Below are positions 22,571 to 34,600 of a stretch of DNA of 64,000 bases, one piece after another. A model generated the notes under the pieces. That model saw only the letters and a list, made by a program, of their open reading frames with translations. It had not been told where the DNA came from and made no database searches. The first letter of the stretch is position 1, and each line of letters starts with the position of its first letter. The position numbers were made by a program, and so were the translations under genes. The stretch is from positions 2,852,001 through 2,916,000 of the forward strand of contig JAYWIR010000022.1 in NCBI GenBank assembly GCA_036172245.1, written 5' to 3'. The DNA is from Raillietiella orientalis. Its lineage: Eukaryota.

Positions 22571-25217
22571 CCCTTACAAGCAATGAAATTAGCGATGATC
22601 AGCATGTTTGAACAACTACAATCATTTCGTCTTGCGTGTATTTTCGGCACACTTCGGAAGTTGTCCTCAGTTGGTGCGCCATCATCCCCTGTGCGGCTTT
22701 TCGGCCATCACGGCACTTTTATTGAGACTCCTTTCTGTATGTTTTGCAAATCTGATAACGCGACATGGAAAAGTCACACCGTTTTTATTTATGTAGTGCT
22801 CATTACGGTTACGTATTCCGTATGTACAAAAGAAATTGCGTCACCGGTCGAACAGACAATCGGCTCAGCGAATTGGACACAAGCAATCCGAGGGAATTTC
22901 CTTTTCTTTTTTTCTTTTCGAAGGAAGGGGGAGGAGGGGAGAGGGAAGGGGGGAAACTGGTGTTTATCTCATACATGGATCGTCAAGGAAGCGTGAAGGA
23001 AAGCAGTTCATTAGGGTGTGCATGGCTTATTAAAGCACTTCCTATTGGGTTTCCATGGAGCCCGAGAGGCTCGAGGACTTGGCTGGACGTCGAGAAGACC
23101 TCAATGAAAACGAAAAGCAGTTCAAGTGAAAGTGACGAAGGGACCCTCCCTCACCAAGTTCTTGTTTTTCCTAAAAGAAACACTACCAGAAAGTACCTAA
23201 AACAAAGGGTCTACGTGTTAAGAATCCAGAAATCTGGAGAGAAAAAGAGAGAGAGAGAGAGAGAGAAACTGAAGATGTGCGCCTCCCTGAAACGGGAAAA
23301 CTCTGTCGGTACATGACTTAAATGCTCTCTTGGTTCTTTGCTGTCAGTTTTCTTGACGAATGGACAAGGTTGGCAGACGAAGGATGTCTCGGTGTGAAAC
23401 GAACTACCGAAGAAAACGTCCATCCACTAAGGGATAGGTTTCGGAGGGGGACCGAGGAGACGGAGATGATCTGTTCGACGTATCCTGCATAATGAGAAAT
23501 GTCCCGAAGTCTCATATTTCCGGAAGAAGCGCAATGACATTATGGGGAGCGTGAAACGTCCTTGAAGGACGACTCTCTTCCCCACACAGCAAGCGGTGCC
23601 TAAGAGATGCGGAATTCAGAGTGCAAAGAATGAAGGTCCACCCGTTCAACCTCCCATCGATCGGAATGATGAAACTTAGCAGAAGCGTTCTGGATCTCAC
23701 TTTCTCTCTGCTCACGATGTGTTTGTAACACCTCAATGTGTTACGATGTGTTTGGTGAGTCGTCGTTATTTCCCAAGGATTCTCGATGCATTCTGAGATC
23801 GTGATATGGATGAACTCCCTAGTGGAACCAGGACACCAAAGGACGTGAGTGATCTTGTGAAAAACAGTGATCAAACAGTAATCCTGTGTACCACTGGACC
23901 AGCAAATTCTTCCCAGACTGATTATCTGGACGCTGAGATGGGCGCGAGAGGCTCATCGAAGTTGAAATTCCAACTTGCCCCACGCCGAGCTACCAAGAAC
24001 GATCTCATCTGAAAATCCAGGTGTGATGCAAGTGTTTTAGGAGCATCGAGACAATTTGGAATCAAAGCAGATAATCGGATAGCTAGTTATGGCCTCTTGG
24101 CGACGGCAGGATACAAACTCCTCCGGGTGGAAAACCCGCGTGGTCCTAGAGCACCACGGCAACCGTGTGGAAGTCGGTGCTCTTGCAGGTTGCTCGAAAG
24201 CGCTACCCTATCTCTTTGAGGGATTCCGGAGCGCCAGAAGCGAGAGTCAAGAGTCTTTCCGGTGCCAGCAACAAGAGCCCAACCTCGGTAGCAGATCGAC
24301 GAATCGTGAAACGGGTACACACTTGGGGGAGAGGGGAAAAACGGGGGGGAAGACGAAGTATTTTTTGAGAACACCTCGCCTGATTCATCACTGATCCGAA
24401 GAAGGTGAACATGTGGAAAACATCTCTTCCAAACACGATCGGTGCAAAATCTAAGTCAAGAAACACGCAAGCTGGTGCAAGAAGCGAGCACCCGGGATAG
24501 TAATCTGAGCGGAGTTCTCCGGGGACCGCTTTGAACGGTTTTAATCCTCTCTCTTTGCCTGCTTATCCCACAGATCCTAGAGTTACGAATGAAGTGAAGA
24601 AGAAGAGAACCTACATGCTAGCGGAATGATGCAAGAAAAACAGACTTGAGCTATCTGGGGAAACTCTTCCTTTCTCCTTCCTTCTTTTCCTTTTTCAGAA
24701 ATTTTTCCAAAATGGAAGCTGGAGATCCTGGAGTCCTGGAGATTTCCCAGGAATCAAAGAGGCAAATGAATTGCTCTCCCAACGGTGATGGTTTCCTTTT
24801 ATTAATTTTTGCCAATTATTCTCGGAACCAAGCATCCGCCAGTCGGTTTCACAGTCGCAATCTGCAGCTTCAAACATGGAAAGCATCGCCTTTCAGCCTC
24901 TTGCCTGTCTGGTCCTTGAAATGTCTCATTCCCTAGATGTTTCATATCACTTTCCTCTAATCTAATCACCCAGTTTTGCCTACAGAGTTGTAACCGGATA
25001 ATGGGGTATTTATTTTTAAGGCACAGTGCTTCGCTTCTGGCCTATTTTTGTGATTATATATATGTAACCTCCTCTTATACAAACACGAATTAATGGCGCC
25101 TATTTCCAGCATGAAGAACTAGGAAACCATCTATATTGTGATGGGGGAGCGAGGAAGGGAGGGGAGGGGGGTGAAGAATAAAAAATGGAAAACCCTTATC
25201 GATACGATAGAAACCCT

Positions 25218-25221
<4 letters not shown>

Positions 25222-25248
<27 letters not shown>
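25222..25248. repeat. (TG)n microsatellite
   Basis: Direct inspection. Confidence 0.9.
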
Positions 25249-28200
25249 TTGTTTGTTCCCGGTCATTATTCTCTCTTGATTTCTCTTTTTAATTAAGAGC
25301 CTTCGAGATTAACATGTGGTACTGCCTCTGTTTCGGCTGCTCCATCCTATCAGGTGTCGTCAAATGCAATCCATCGGATATCTGACTCAGACAAAAGGTT
25401 TGAAAACGTTTCTGAATCTATAGAAATGCTCAATAAAGATGCTGCTTTCTGTTTCAATGATGGTAATAAATACTTCGTTATCTCAGCTACTGAAGCATTA
25501 TTCTCTTCAAAAAAAAAAACTGGGAGTCTTTTTTTCTTTTTCTTCTTCCTTTTTTTTCCAGCATGAAATCAATGAGCTAATCGCCTTGAAGAAAAAATCC
25601 TCTCATTCAGGCCGCTCTCCCGAGACCATTGCTTCGGCTCTCTGAAGAAACGAAATTTCCAAGAAGAACTCTCTTCAGTTAAGTATGGCAATTATCTATT
25701 GCAATTAAAGATGGTCTTACCTCAGTCTTGAGAACGGTAATAACCACACTTTATTTTCGAGATTAAAACTCTGATTCAAAGGAGGCGATCGTTTGAAATG
25801 GGCTCTGCAATGTTATGCACCCAGGGATCACTGAGAGGAGGTTTTGCAGAAGTCTGATTAGGTTTCGGTGGCTGCCCACTGCTTAAATCCCTGATGAATA
25901 TTCAGCATCCTCGCAAGAAGATGGAAGTGTGGTGAAATTCTTCCTTTGTTTCGGTAACAGAACTGAGTTCAGCGCGTGCTCAAAACATTATCTGGTTGAA
26001 CAGGGTAGATCCGAGATCGGTGGAGAAATACTGCTGGAAATCATCATCCAGCATGCCGGAGAATGATTCATTTCCCGCATATCTTTGGAGACTCGCTTGC
26101 TTATCTCCCTTCTGCTTTAAGATTCGCATTCGCTGCTTTAAGATCGAGTATTGTAGTGGATTTTCGACTTTCGACTCTTGCAAGATCCTAAATCTGCAAT
26201 AAAAGATCGCTTTTTTCTTAACAGTGCGCTCCTCCGTTCTGCAGCTGACAATCACGGCCACTTGAAAATATTGGCTTTTTCCCGACCATAAAAATCTAGC
26301 TTTAGAGTCGTGTTAGAGGAAGGCCTAGATCAGGGTCCAGATCATCGTGGTCTTCGCGGTACACTCACCTTCCAAACACTTTCCTTAACAAGCAGATACA
26401 TAGTGCAGACGTAATCGCTTTCTCGGAATCGTATCACAACTTTCTCACCTCCGGAACCTGCGTTCCTTTCCATCTTCCAACTGCATTATTCCCCTCAGGG
26501 GCAACTAAGGAGTAATTTATCCTCCGGTAGAAGAACACGCAGGTTCCGGAAATTCCACCCTATCCTGGATGATGGACTTTTTACATGTGCAAACCCGTTC
26601 CCGCGCAGTTGCTTCATATACTTTTGCATTCGTTATTTGTGCGTACAAAAAGCCCTCGATGCTGCAAAGAAGCGTGGAAGAACAAAAGTCGGAAACGGAA
26701 TGGCAGAAAACCATGTCACATAGGGTCAAAAAAACGAGAAGGGATCCTTCCGAGCACAGTACAACGAATTCACTAACGAAAGGAAATGCACTGCTGCGAT
26801 GAATGTGGAAGTCGCTTCTGTTTATCACTACATCCATATCACGAGACCAGTAGAGCTTGGGACTTGCCCCACTAAATTACGATGCACGAAAAGTGGATGT
26901 TTCGCCTTCCCTCTGCGGAGTGATCGCCCACTTTCGAGTGCTCGGAGCTCGCAAGCACGGAAAAAACGTAGGAAACCCTTCTGCCAAATCCACCGGAATG
27001 AACACGAATATTTCTTCGTGGGTTGCATTCAGACTTTTGGCAGCAAGTTCCGCGGAACCGTCTTCCAGGGAGCGAGGCTGGACCCCGGTGAGCAAGCCCA
27101 AGATAGATCGTTGAGCCGGAAATTGAACACATGAGAACAGTGTGGCTGGCTCAGCTGCACTACGTGGGGGTGTACTTTCTTTTTCGTGTTGCTGCTGTTT
27201 TTACATTGCATCGATTCGAACCCACCTCTAGTAGACTATGCAGATTTCCTTGTTTTGTGTTGTTTTCTTCTTCAAATTCCCATTTATCCAGACAGTATGT
27301 TCAAATGGATTCAAGTCATAATGATCTTCGAGCTTATTTCCAAGGTATTCCATTTCCTTCGCCTCCTCCTCCAGCTGCTCTTATCGAGGACTTTCGATGG
27401 GGGGGCGAAGCGCTATTATCGGAGATGTGGGAAAACGCAAGCACCTAGCAGACATTCGGAAATCGGGGCCGAACTCACTCGTTCTCACTCGCGTACCGCA
27501 GTCCAAGCAGTGCCAGTTCTGCACGCAGAAATGTCATTTCCGGATTACCCGGCTGAAAAATAACCCACTTCCTGTTTAAAACGGCGCATCAGTTAATCAC
27601 ATCTATAGATCACTCTCCTTCGAATTTTTCTCATGGACAGCTCGGGATCAGTCATGCATCATGAGTCACTGCGCACACTCTTTCCGACATTTTTTCTTCT
27701 GCATCCCAAAGTCCCTTGAAGTTCCCCAAGTGCGTGTGTCACATGGAGAGAGAAGAAATGCCGAACTGTCTCTTAAGTTCGGCAGACCGCGCCAAACCGA
27801 ACGAGTTATCTGATGAATCGGCTGCAGATGCTGCCACAATTGCATGAGCCGCGAAACGGAAGGGCATGACAGTGGTCTTACCGGAGGACCACAACATCCC
27901 ACACCTCCTTCTGGTTTTGAAGTCCCCGAGCAAGAAGCTCTTCATACGGCGCGGCAGGAACAATCGATGATTCGCAGGCAACTTCGTCTGCAAATTCCTC
28001 CTTCGTCTAGCATGAGAAAAATAGGGGCCAGTGCCGAACCGGATCCCGGAAATGGTCTCCAGTAATCTTGTGGAATTTCGCTCCGTAACTCTCCAAACGC
28101 ATTGAACATCTGAAGGGGCTGCACGGAGCCACGATGCAGTTTGGAAATGAATCTTCCTATGCAGCCCCGTGAACAGCAACACATGGAATGGACCAGCAGA

Positions 28201-29929
28201 TGAGCGAAATCGGATGTTCCCATCAGCTCGCAGCAGCAAGCTGCATAGGATTTGAAGAACCAAGGGATGCCTCACGAAAGCGATCTTCCATCAACAAATG
28301 AGATTTTCCGTTCGCTGGCACGATGCACAGCTGCCGAACTCACAAGCAAAGGACGGGAAAAAAGTGCCTTCTGTTTGGAGTCTTGAGTTCGGGTTTCGAA
28401 CCCTTGAGATGGGGAGATTTAAAAGGAAGAGTCACGTCGACCTGAATTCACATAGGGACATATACAGGGAGAGTCACGTTACAGAGGAAGATGAAGAGAA
28501 TGGTAAGCAGAGAAGCGCATCGTAGTAGGCTGGACCGCGATCCCCTCACGCCGTCCAAGTAGCGCTGCATCTTCCACGGGGATCTTCTATTGCATAAGAG
28601 GAGTGACCTTGTCCACGAGGATTCGAAGAGGAAAGCGTAAATTTTTGGATCAAACGGTGACAACTCGAGAGGTGGCGGTGGAATTTTCGTCAAGCCTCTG
28701 AGAGCAAGGGCATGAGAGGAGACCTAACCAAAAAGGCATCCCTAATTCAAGAACGATAGATCCCGGAGCATATGCAGGCGTGCAGAATTCTGGAGGAAAC
28801 GACGAGGGAAACTTGGTAGACAAAAAGTTGAGGACGAGCAAAAGTGAAACAACGAGGTTCTATGTGCCTGCGGAAGAGTGCACATTGACCTCCGGAACCT
28901 CTTTGATAAAGAAAGATTGCTCAGTTGCTTCTTTATCAAAGAGGAAACAGCGAAAGGCACCCGAGTTCGCGAAGCGCTTTCGTGTCGGGCAGAGCGTCAA
29001 AAAGAACAAACCTGGGTCACAGCGGTCTATGGAGGATCCGAGAAACAAGCGTGCCGTGCCCCCAAAGAGTCACAGAGAGTCGAACAGGAAGTCTTAAAGG
29101 CTCACCGAGAACGGACTTGGAAGAACACGTTAATATCCCCCACGGGATGCTGCTGGTTGGGCAGATAGTTGGATGCAGGATAGAAAACTGCTCGATGAAT
29201 TGTCGGGAATAAAGAAAGCGCTATTTTGGGTGATCAGTTCATACCGAACCCCCCCAAATGCTTCTATCCACTGAAGACTGCAGTGAAGAGCGTTTTTGAG
29301 TCCTAAACTGAGGAGTATTGGAGCATCTCAGATGCTCTCGAAGACTCTCCAAGGAGTCAAAGGTATAGGCACGGCAAAGGGGAGGGAGAGAGAGACTCTG
29401 TATTTCAATCTAGGATCGCTAGCTGGAGCAAACGCATGGGCTCCAAAATGTGCACGAGGAAGCATATCATGGAAAGATGCCTGAAATCTTCATCCTAAGC
29501 AAAGTAAAGAATCTTCAGGAAGACTACGAATCAGATATGAAGAAATCTGCTCCTTGTTCCTTCCTTTTGAGGACTTGAAACCCGAACTCCGCTTCCATTT
29601 CTTGGATTGCAGCCTTGAGCCTGAATGGAACAAGATGTGGCATTGTGAAATGAGAACCAAGATCCTGCTCGCAGCTACGGTAACTCTGGCTGGATGTCAT
29701 TCCACTTGGGAATTACACAACATTGCAAAGCAAACGCCTCCCGCCCGCGGGACGAGACCAGTACCTTCAGTACTTTGCTTACACAACACGGGAGGGGAAA
29801 CACAAGAAACCGAGTCCGAGAAACAGCGCGAACTGCACGGAACTGCAGGATCTTCGACAGCGACCGATCGTGAGGGTAATCCAAGGATGGGCCTGGTTCA
29901 AAATCCCGAACGGTCAAAGTCCCGAAAGA

Positions 29930-30160
29930 TCATACATATAAAAATGAAGGCATTTGCCTATTCTACACAGAATAACATGCGAATTTATTTTAATATACAT
30001 ATTCATATTTATCAATATACATATTATTAACAGTAATATTATTGGAACATATATGTATCAAGATTCAGTGATATACATTTTATCAATACAATTAATGAGT
30101 TTTCGATTATATGTGCTGATACATATATATTTACATATAGATGAATATATAAATTAAAGA
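29930..30160. repeat. AT-rich low-complexity tract
   Basis: ATAT/CATAT-rich run. Confidence 0.75.
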
Positions 30161-31490
30161 AAGTCCAAAAAGAATCGGAAAAACTGATCTGTCGAAAAGG
30201 TCCAAGACGCGCTGGACGATGGTCACGTCAGAGAGGGAGTCAAGCACCAAGATCCGATGAAGCAAGGTCGCCCCTTGATTTCAACCAGGATGGTACCGAC
30301 GCAGAAAGCCGTTGAAGGAAGAACGGCAAGCTGAGAGCTCTTCGTGGCAGAAGGGCAGCTATCACTCCCGAAGCACCTGCTTGCGATGGGAGTGAAAGAT
30401 GAAAACCGCAAAAGCGAAGCAAAACAAAAAAGCTGAAATGACTGGCCCCGTCCTTTCCGAGCCAATCCTGTCTCAGAACCTCAGGAAATTTACTAGCCTG
30501 TTCACGAGCGCGAAACTGACGTCTAGACGTTGATTTCCTTTCCGAGATTTTTCTGCTTGAGCACGCTAATGTTGAAGGCACTTTATGAAGGCAAACAAAT
30601 CGACGGGTATCATGTGGTGGGATCTTTAGAGACTTGCTCACACAACTGTGGCAAAAACAAACAAGCATATAAAAAACTGATTTAGCCGGATGGCAAAAGA
30701 CCACGCCATCACTATCTGATTCTGTAGCCTGCTTGTGCGTGTACGCTGACGATGGAAACGGCCGTCTCCACGTATCGATACGTGCTCGTGTACAGCGCTG
30801 ATTAAAATAGGCTGAATGGCAAAACTTCCCGCACCGATTCATTTCTCGGAAATTTTTCCTTCCTCGACTCGGAATCCTGAAGGCAAACTGCACTCCACAG
30901 GCAGCTGACCTTGGCGCGAGCAGCCACCAGAAAATTCCCAAATTCGTTGGGGGTCCATGAAATGTGCATTCCGAATGCGCTAAGGAACACCAAGAGCGAA
31001 GAAGCTAGCTGGCAGTACTGGCGCTGTGTCAATAACATCGCTTACAATTCTTCCTACAATTGATTTTTCTTTTCTCTTTCTCTCTCTCCCTCTCCTGAGA
31101 TTGCTTCTCATGAGTTTGAACGTGAAGAAAAATCTTTAGCAGGTACCATTCGAGAACACCTCCGCCCTGCACAGCTGGGGCTGCGTGAAAATCATGTGAC
31201 ATCATTGGACCTGATCCCTGAATCCAGCCCTTGCGGTTTCCGAGGTTTACGCGGCGGATGCGTTGCGGAATCCCACCACGAAATCCCCGTTCCCCCACAA
31301 GCTGTCACGGCAGTGTTCCGAGAAGCAAACTCCTCCGTTAAAAGTGTACCGGCGTGTCTAGCGGGTGCAAAACACTTCGCCGCTGCCCTTAACCGATTAC
31401 CGGGCTTTCAGCTCGCCGTTTCCATAGCGAAATCCGAAACCGGGCGCGAAGTTTCAGTTGGCAAATGAGTTACAGATTAACCATACTGAC

Positions 31491-31634
31491 CCTATTCTTC
31501 TTTGCTCTGCTAGCTCCAGAGCCTCGGCTTTCTTAATGACGGATACGATCGTGTCTTGCTCTTCCTGAGTGAGGTGGTAGTTTTTCCCGTAGGACAGCAT
31601 CCTCGTGCTCTTCACCGACCATCCCGTGCGCAAT
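31491..31634 (-). CDS. Rph: Rabphilin exon 2 (LRTGWSVKSTRMLSYGKNYHLTQEEQDTIVSVIKKAEALELAEQRRI-G), Rab-binding helix SHD1
   Basis: Acceptor ctccaccgtag|, donor GG|gtcagt; 144 nt, phase 2-2; matches the LxTGWSV..LTxEE..I..VI..AE....EQ.RIG consensus; absent from the ORF track. Confidence 0.95.
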
Positions 31635-34600
31635 CTACGGTGGAGGACGTTCCATCAGAATGAGTGGTGAGATGGCAGCCGGCGTTCGCACTCTTGCAAG
31701 CATTCGTTCCGGTTCGCGACCTCAGGCGGCAACGAGACGGCATGCATTCGAACGGATTCGAAATCTTCGGAAGTAAAGATTCCTCCCTTTGTGACCGCCA
31801 CCTTTCTCGAACCCTTACGTGTTTCCCGAACTTCCTTTCCCGAACGTGCTCCCAGCCGAAAAGGTCTCGTCCCCTGGGCGACCGCAGACCGAACTTGGAA
31901 AGATTCAAAGAGCTGCGCCGGACCACCGAATCCACCCCTCGTTCTTTCTCGGAAGCGGACGCCAGAGGAGCGGCAGTTTTTCTGTTCTCGCGACGAAACT
32001 TCACGACCGAGTTTCCCCGAGGCAGAAACTTCGAGCGGTGGCGGGAGAGTGGAAAGGAACCGGAAATAAAACACACACACACAGCAAGAGCAAGAAGGAT
32101 GGAAAAGCACCACCGCGCCAGCACGAGGCAGCCGAAATGGATCGATCCGGGATGCTGTGGAGTTCCACAGCCAACTGGAGCTCGGAAAACGCTGCGGTTG
32201 CCGCCGTAGGGTGAAAGTTTTGTTCGGAAAAATCTTTGGCTCGGGATGCACCTTTGGGGCACAGAGGAATTCAACTCGGATTCACGGAGCTGGACCACGA
32301 AAAAGAAAGAAGAAAAGCTCTGCCATCGCGGAGGTGCTTCCCGGACGAACCGCCGCGTACGTAGCCACCCGGGGAAATTGCTCCTCAGCCTGAAGGTCGG
32401 ACCGCGCGATAAAAGCGGCTCGAACGCCGGCGCTTTGCTGTTTCGCTTTTCCCCTGGGCGCCATCACGAGGAAGTTCAAGAGAGGAAACTTCGGCCTCGC
32501 GCAACCGGGAATGGAACGGACCTCGCACGACAACGACGACGACGTCCGTCACATTCGTACCGGGCATGGCACGTTGACCGGGTCCAGCCTCGACCCTCAA
32601 GGTCTGCCAACGATCCAGATGGTGATCAAGCAATCTCCTCTACTGAGATCCGGCAAGATGCAGCTATCTGAAGTCCCTCTTATCCGACAGCATCGTACGC
32701 ACAAGCTTTTTCCGGGTGCCCGACAACGGGAAGGCAGAGCCCATCATCCCCTTGAGGGCGAGGCAGAGGACCACATCGTTCGAAGACAAGCACGAAGTTA
32801 TCCTCCGAGAGACCACCTCTGAGCCGAAAGGATGGGTCCGGGATCACCCACCTCTCAGCCGGCGTCCCTCTGTTCCGACTGCTCGATCAACACAGGGGCG
32901 GACTCGACCTTCCGTGCGGCGCGGATGCTGATCGAGACCGAGCCCACGCAAGAGCGGAGAGAGGAGCTTCCATCCGGCACGTGGATGAACCCTCCCACGG
33001 CAGAGTGCTCTTTTCTGAAGCGAGTGCATCCGGGGTGTGGGGAGGGAGGGATGGGTTTAAATGTGAGACGGGGTGGCCAACACAGCTAGAGGGCAGTGTC
33101 ATGAGCATTCAACAGACCCGTACCCATGCGATGGGATGCTTACAAATGGTTCTCTTCCCATTCTTCCGATGGAACGGTTCGCAAACGAATCAAATTGATG
33201 AGGATGTCGACATGAGCAGGGGAAGAGTAAAAATCCCGGAAGTTTCGTTAGTGAAGTTCAGAGAAGGGAGAGGGGGGGAGAATTCATCCTCCTTTTTCGG
33301 GTTACTGGCGTGTTGTTAATGGTTTGAAGGAGTAGCGTGCGAAGAGCAAATCCATCAAAGTATGGGACGTACGAGGTAGGAGAGCCCCACGACTGACAGA
33401 CACGTCACGCAACCCTCGTGTTCGTCCTTCCCTCCCTCTTTCGACGTGCACGAGCGCGCGCGGATGCCCCCGCCTGCCTTCGCGGGAGGCTGCGGAGGAC
33501 CGAGGAGGCACCCATTTCGGAGTCTCCCTCCCAGGCCGCCGAACGCTACTTTCTTTCTCATCCGGGCTGCTCCTGCTGCTGCTCGGCGCGATCCGGTCAG
33601 GGCGCTCTCGGGAGCAGCTTTAGCGCGTGCACCTGATGGCGGCGCTGTGATCGATCCGCCTCAGGCAAGGCTCTTCGCGCGCGCAGAGCTCCCAGCTGCG
33701 CCGCTTTCTCTGGGCACTTCTGGGAGCGCGCAGAGCGCACCGAGCCGCGCACACACACACACCCGTACAGGTGGTGCACACACCTTGTGCGCGCGCAAAG
33801 TTGCGGTGTTTCCAGGAACGCGCCCGCAAGAAGAGTGCGTTTGAACCACGCAGGACCCTCGGGATTCCCTTTGCACCGGCTAAGCACCGCAGCCTTGCAC
33901 CCGCATGAGGACTCTAGGACGGCTGGAGATTCGAGGGTGCGCTGGTAGGGAAGCGCTCCATGCTCACAGCGGGGTGCTCCGCTGACCGGCAGCCGAGAGC
34001 CACGAGTGGTCCTTCGGTGTCGTCCCTCCGCGCGTCAGGAGAGTCTGCACACACCGCCCCCCTTCCCGTGGGACTCGGAGCAACGTGTGCCCTCTGCATT
34101 CACGTTGCACTTGCCACATTTCCACACGCAGGCGGATCCCGAATAGACGGAAGGCGGCTCCACCACAGAATCCGAGGGAGCTCCTCCGATGGATCAAAGG
34201 GAAAGTCCTCCCTCTTTCTGAAGACTCGGGAGGGGAGACCGCGACATGACGCACCCATGCGGGGCCCCTCACATGCCGATCTGCGACGCGATGCCTCCCT
34301 TCGAGTGCTCCACGCTCAAGCAGCAGCAACAGCAGCCGTCCGCCTCCGCTCCCGCCCTCGTACCTGAGACCGCAGGGCGGAGCCCGTGCTTTCGAGAGGA
34401 AGGAAGAAAAGCAGCCTGTGTGCGTCCCAAAGTCCCTTCCAGAAACGCTCTGCACTCGCTCTCTCTTTGTCCTGGAATGCCTTCCGGGGAAAAAAAAATT
34501 CGCCCTATTTGAGCAGCTGATTACGAGAAAAAGGAAATACGAAAAAAAAAAAAAAGGGGGGGGGGGAAGTCCAAGCCCCTGAGGCACGGCCATTTCGGTC

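Noticed and set aside
25350..25504. Exon-like minus-strand frame ENNASVAEITKYLL...IAFDDT*
   Set aside because: The nearest upstream donor (25721) gives an in-frame stop in the compatible phases; no homology recognised
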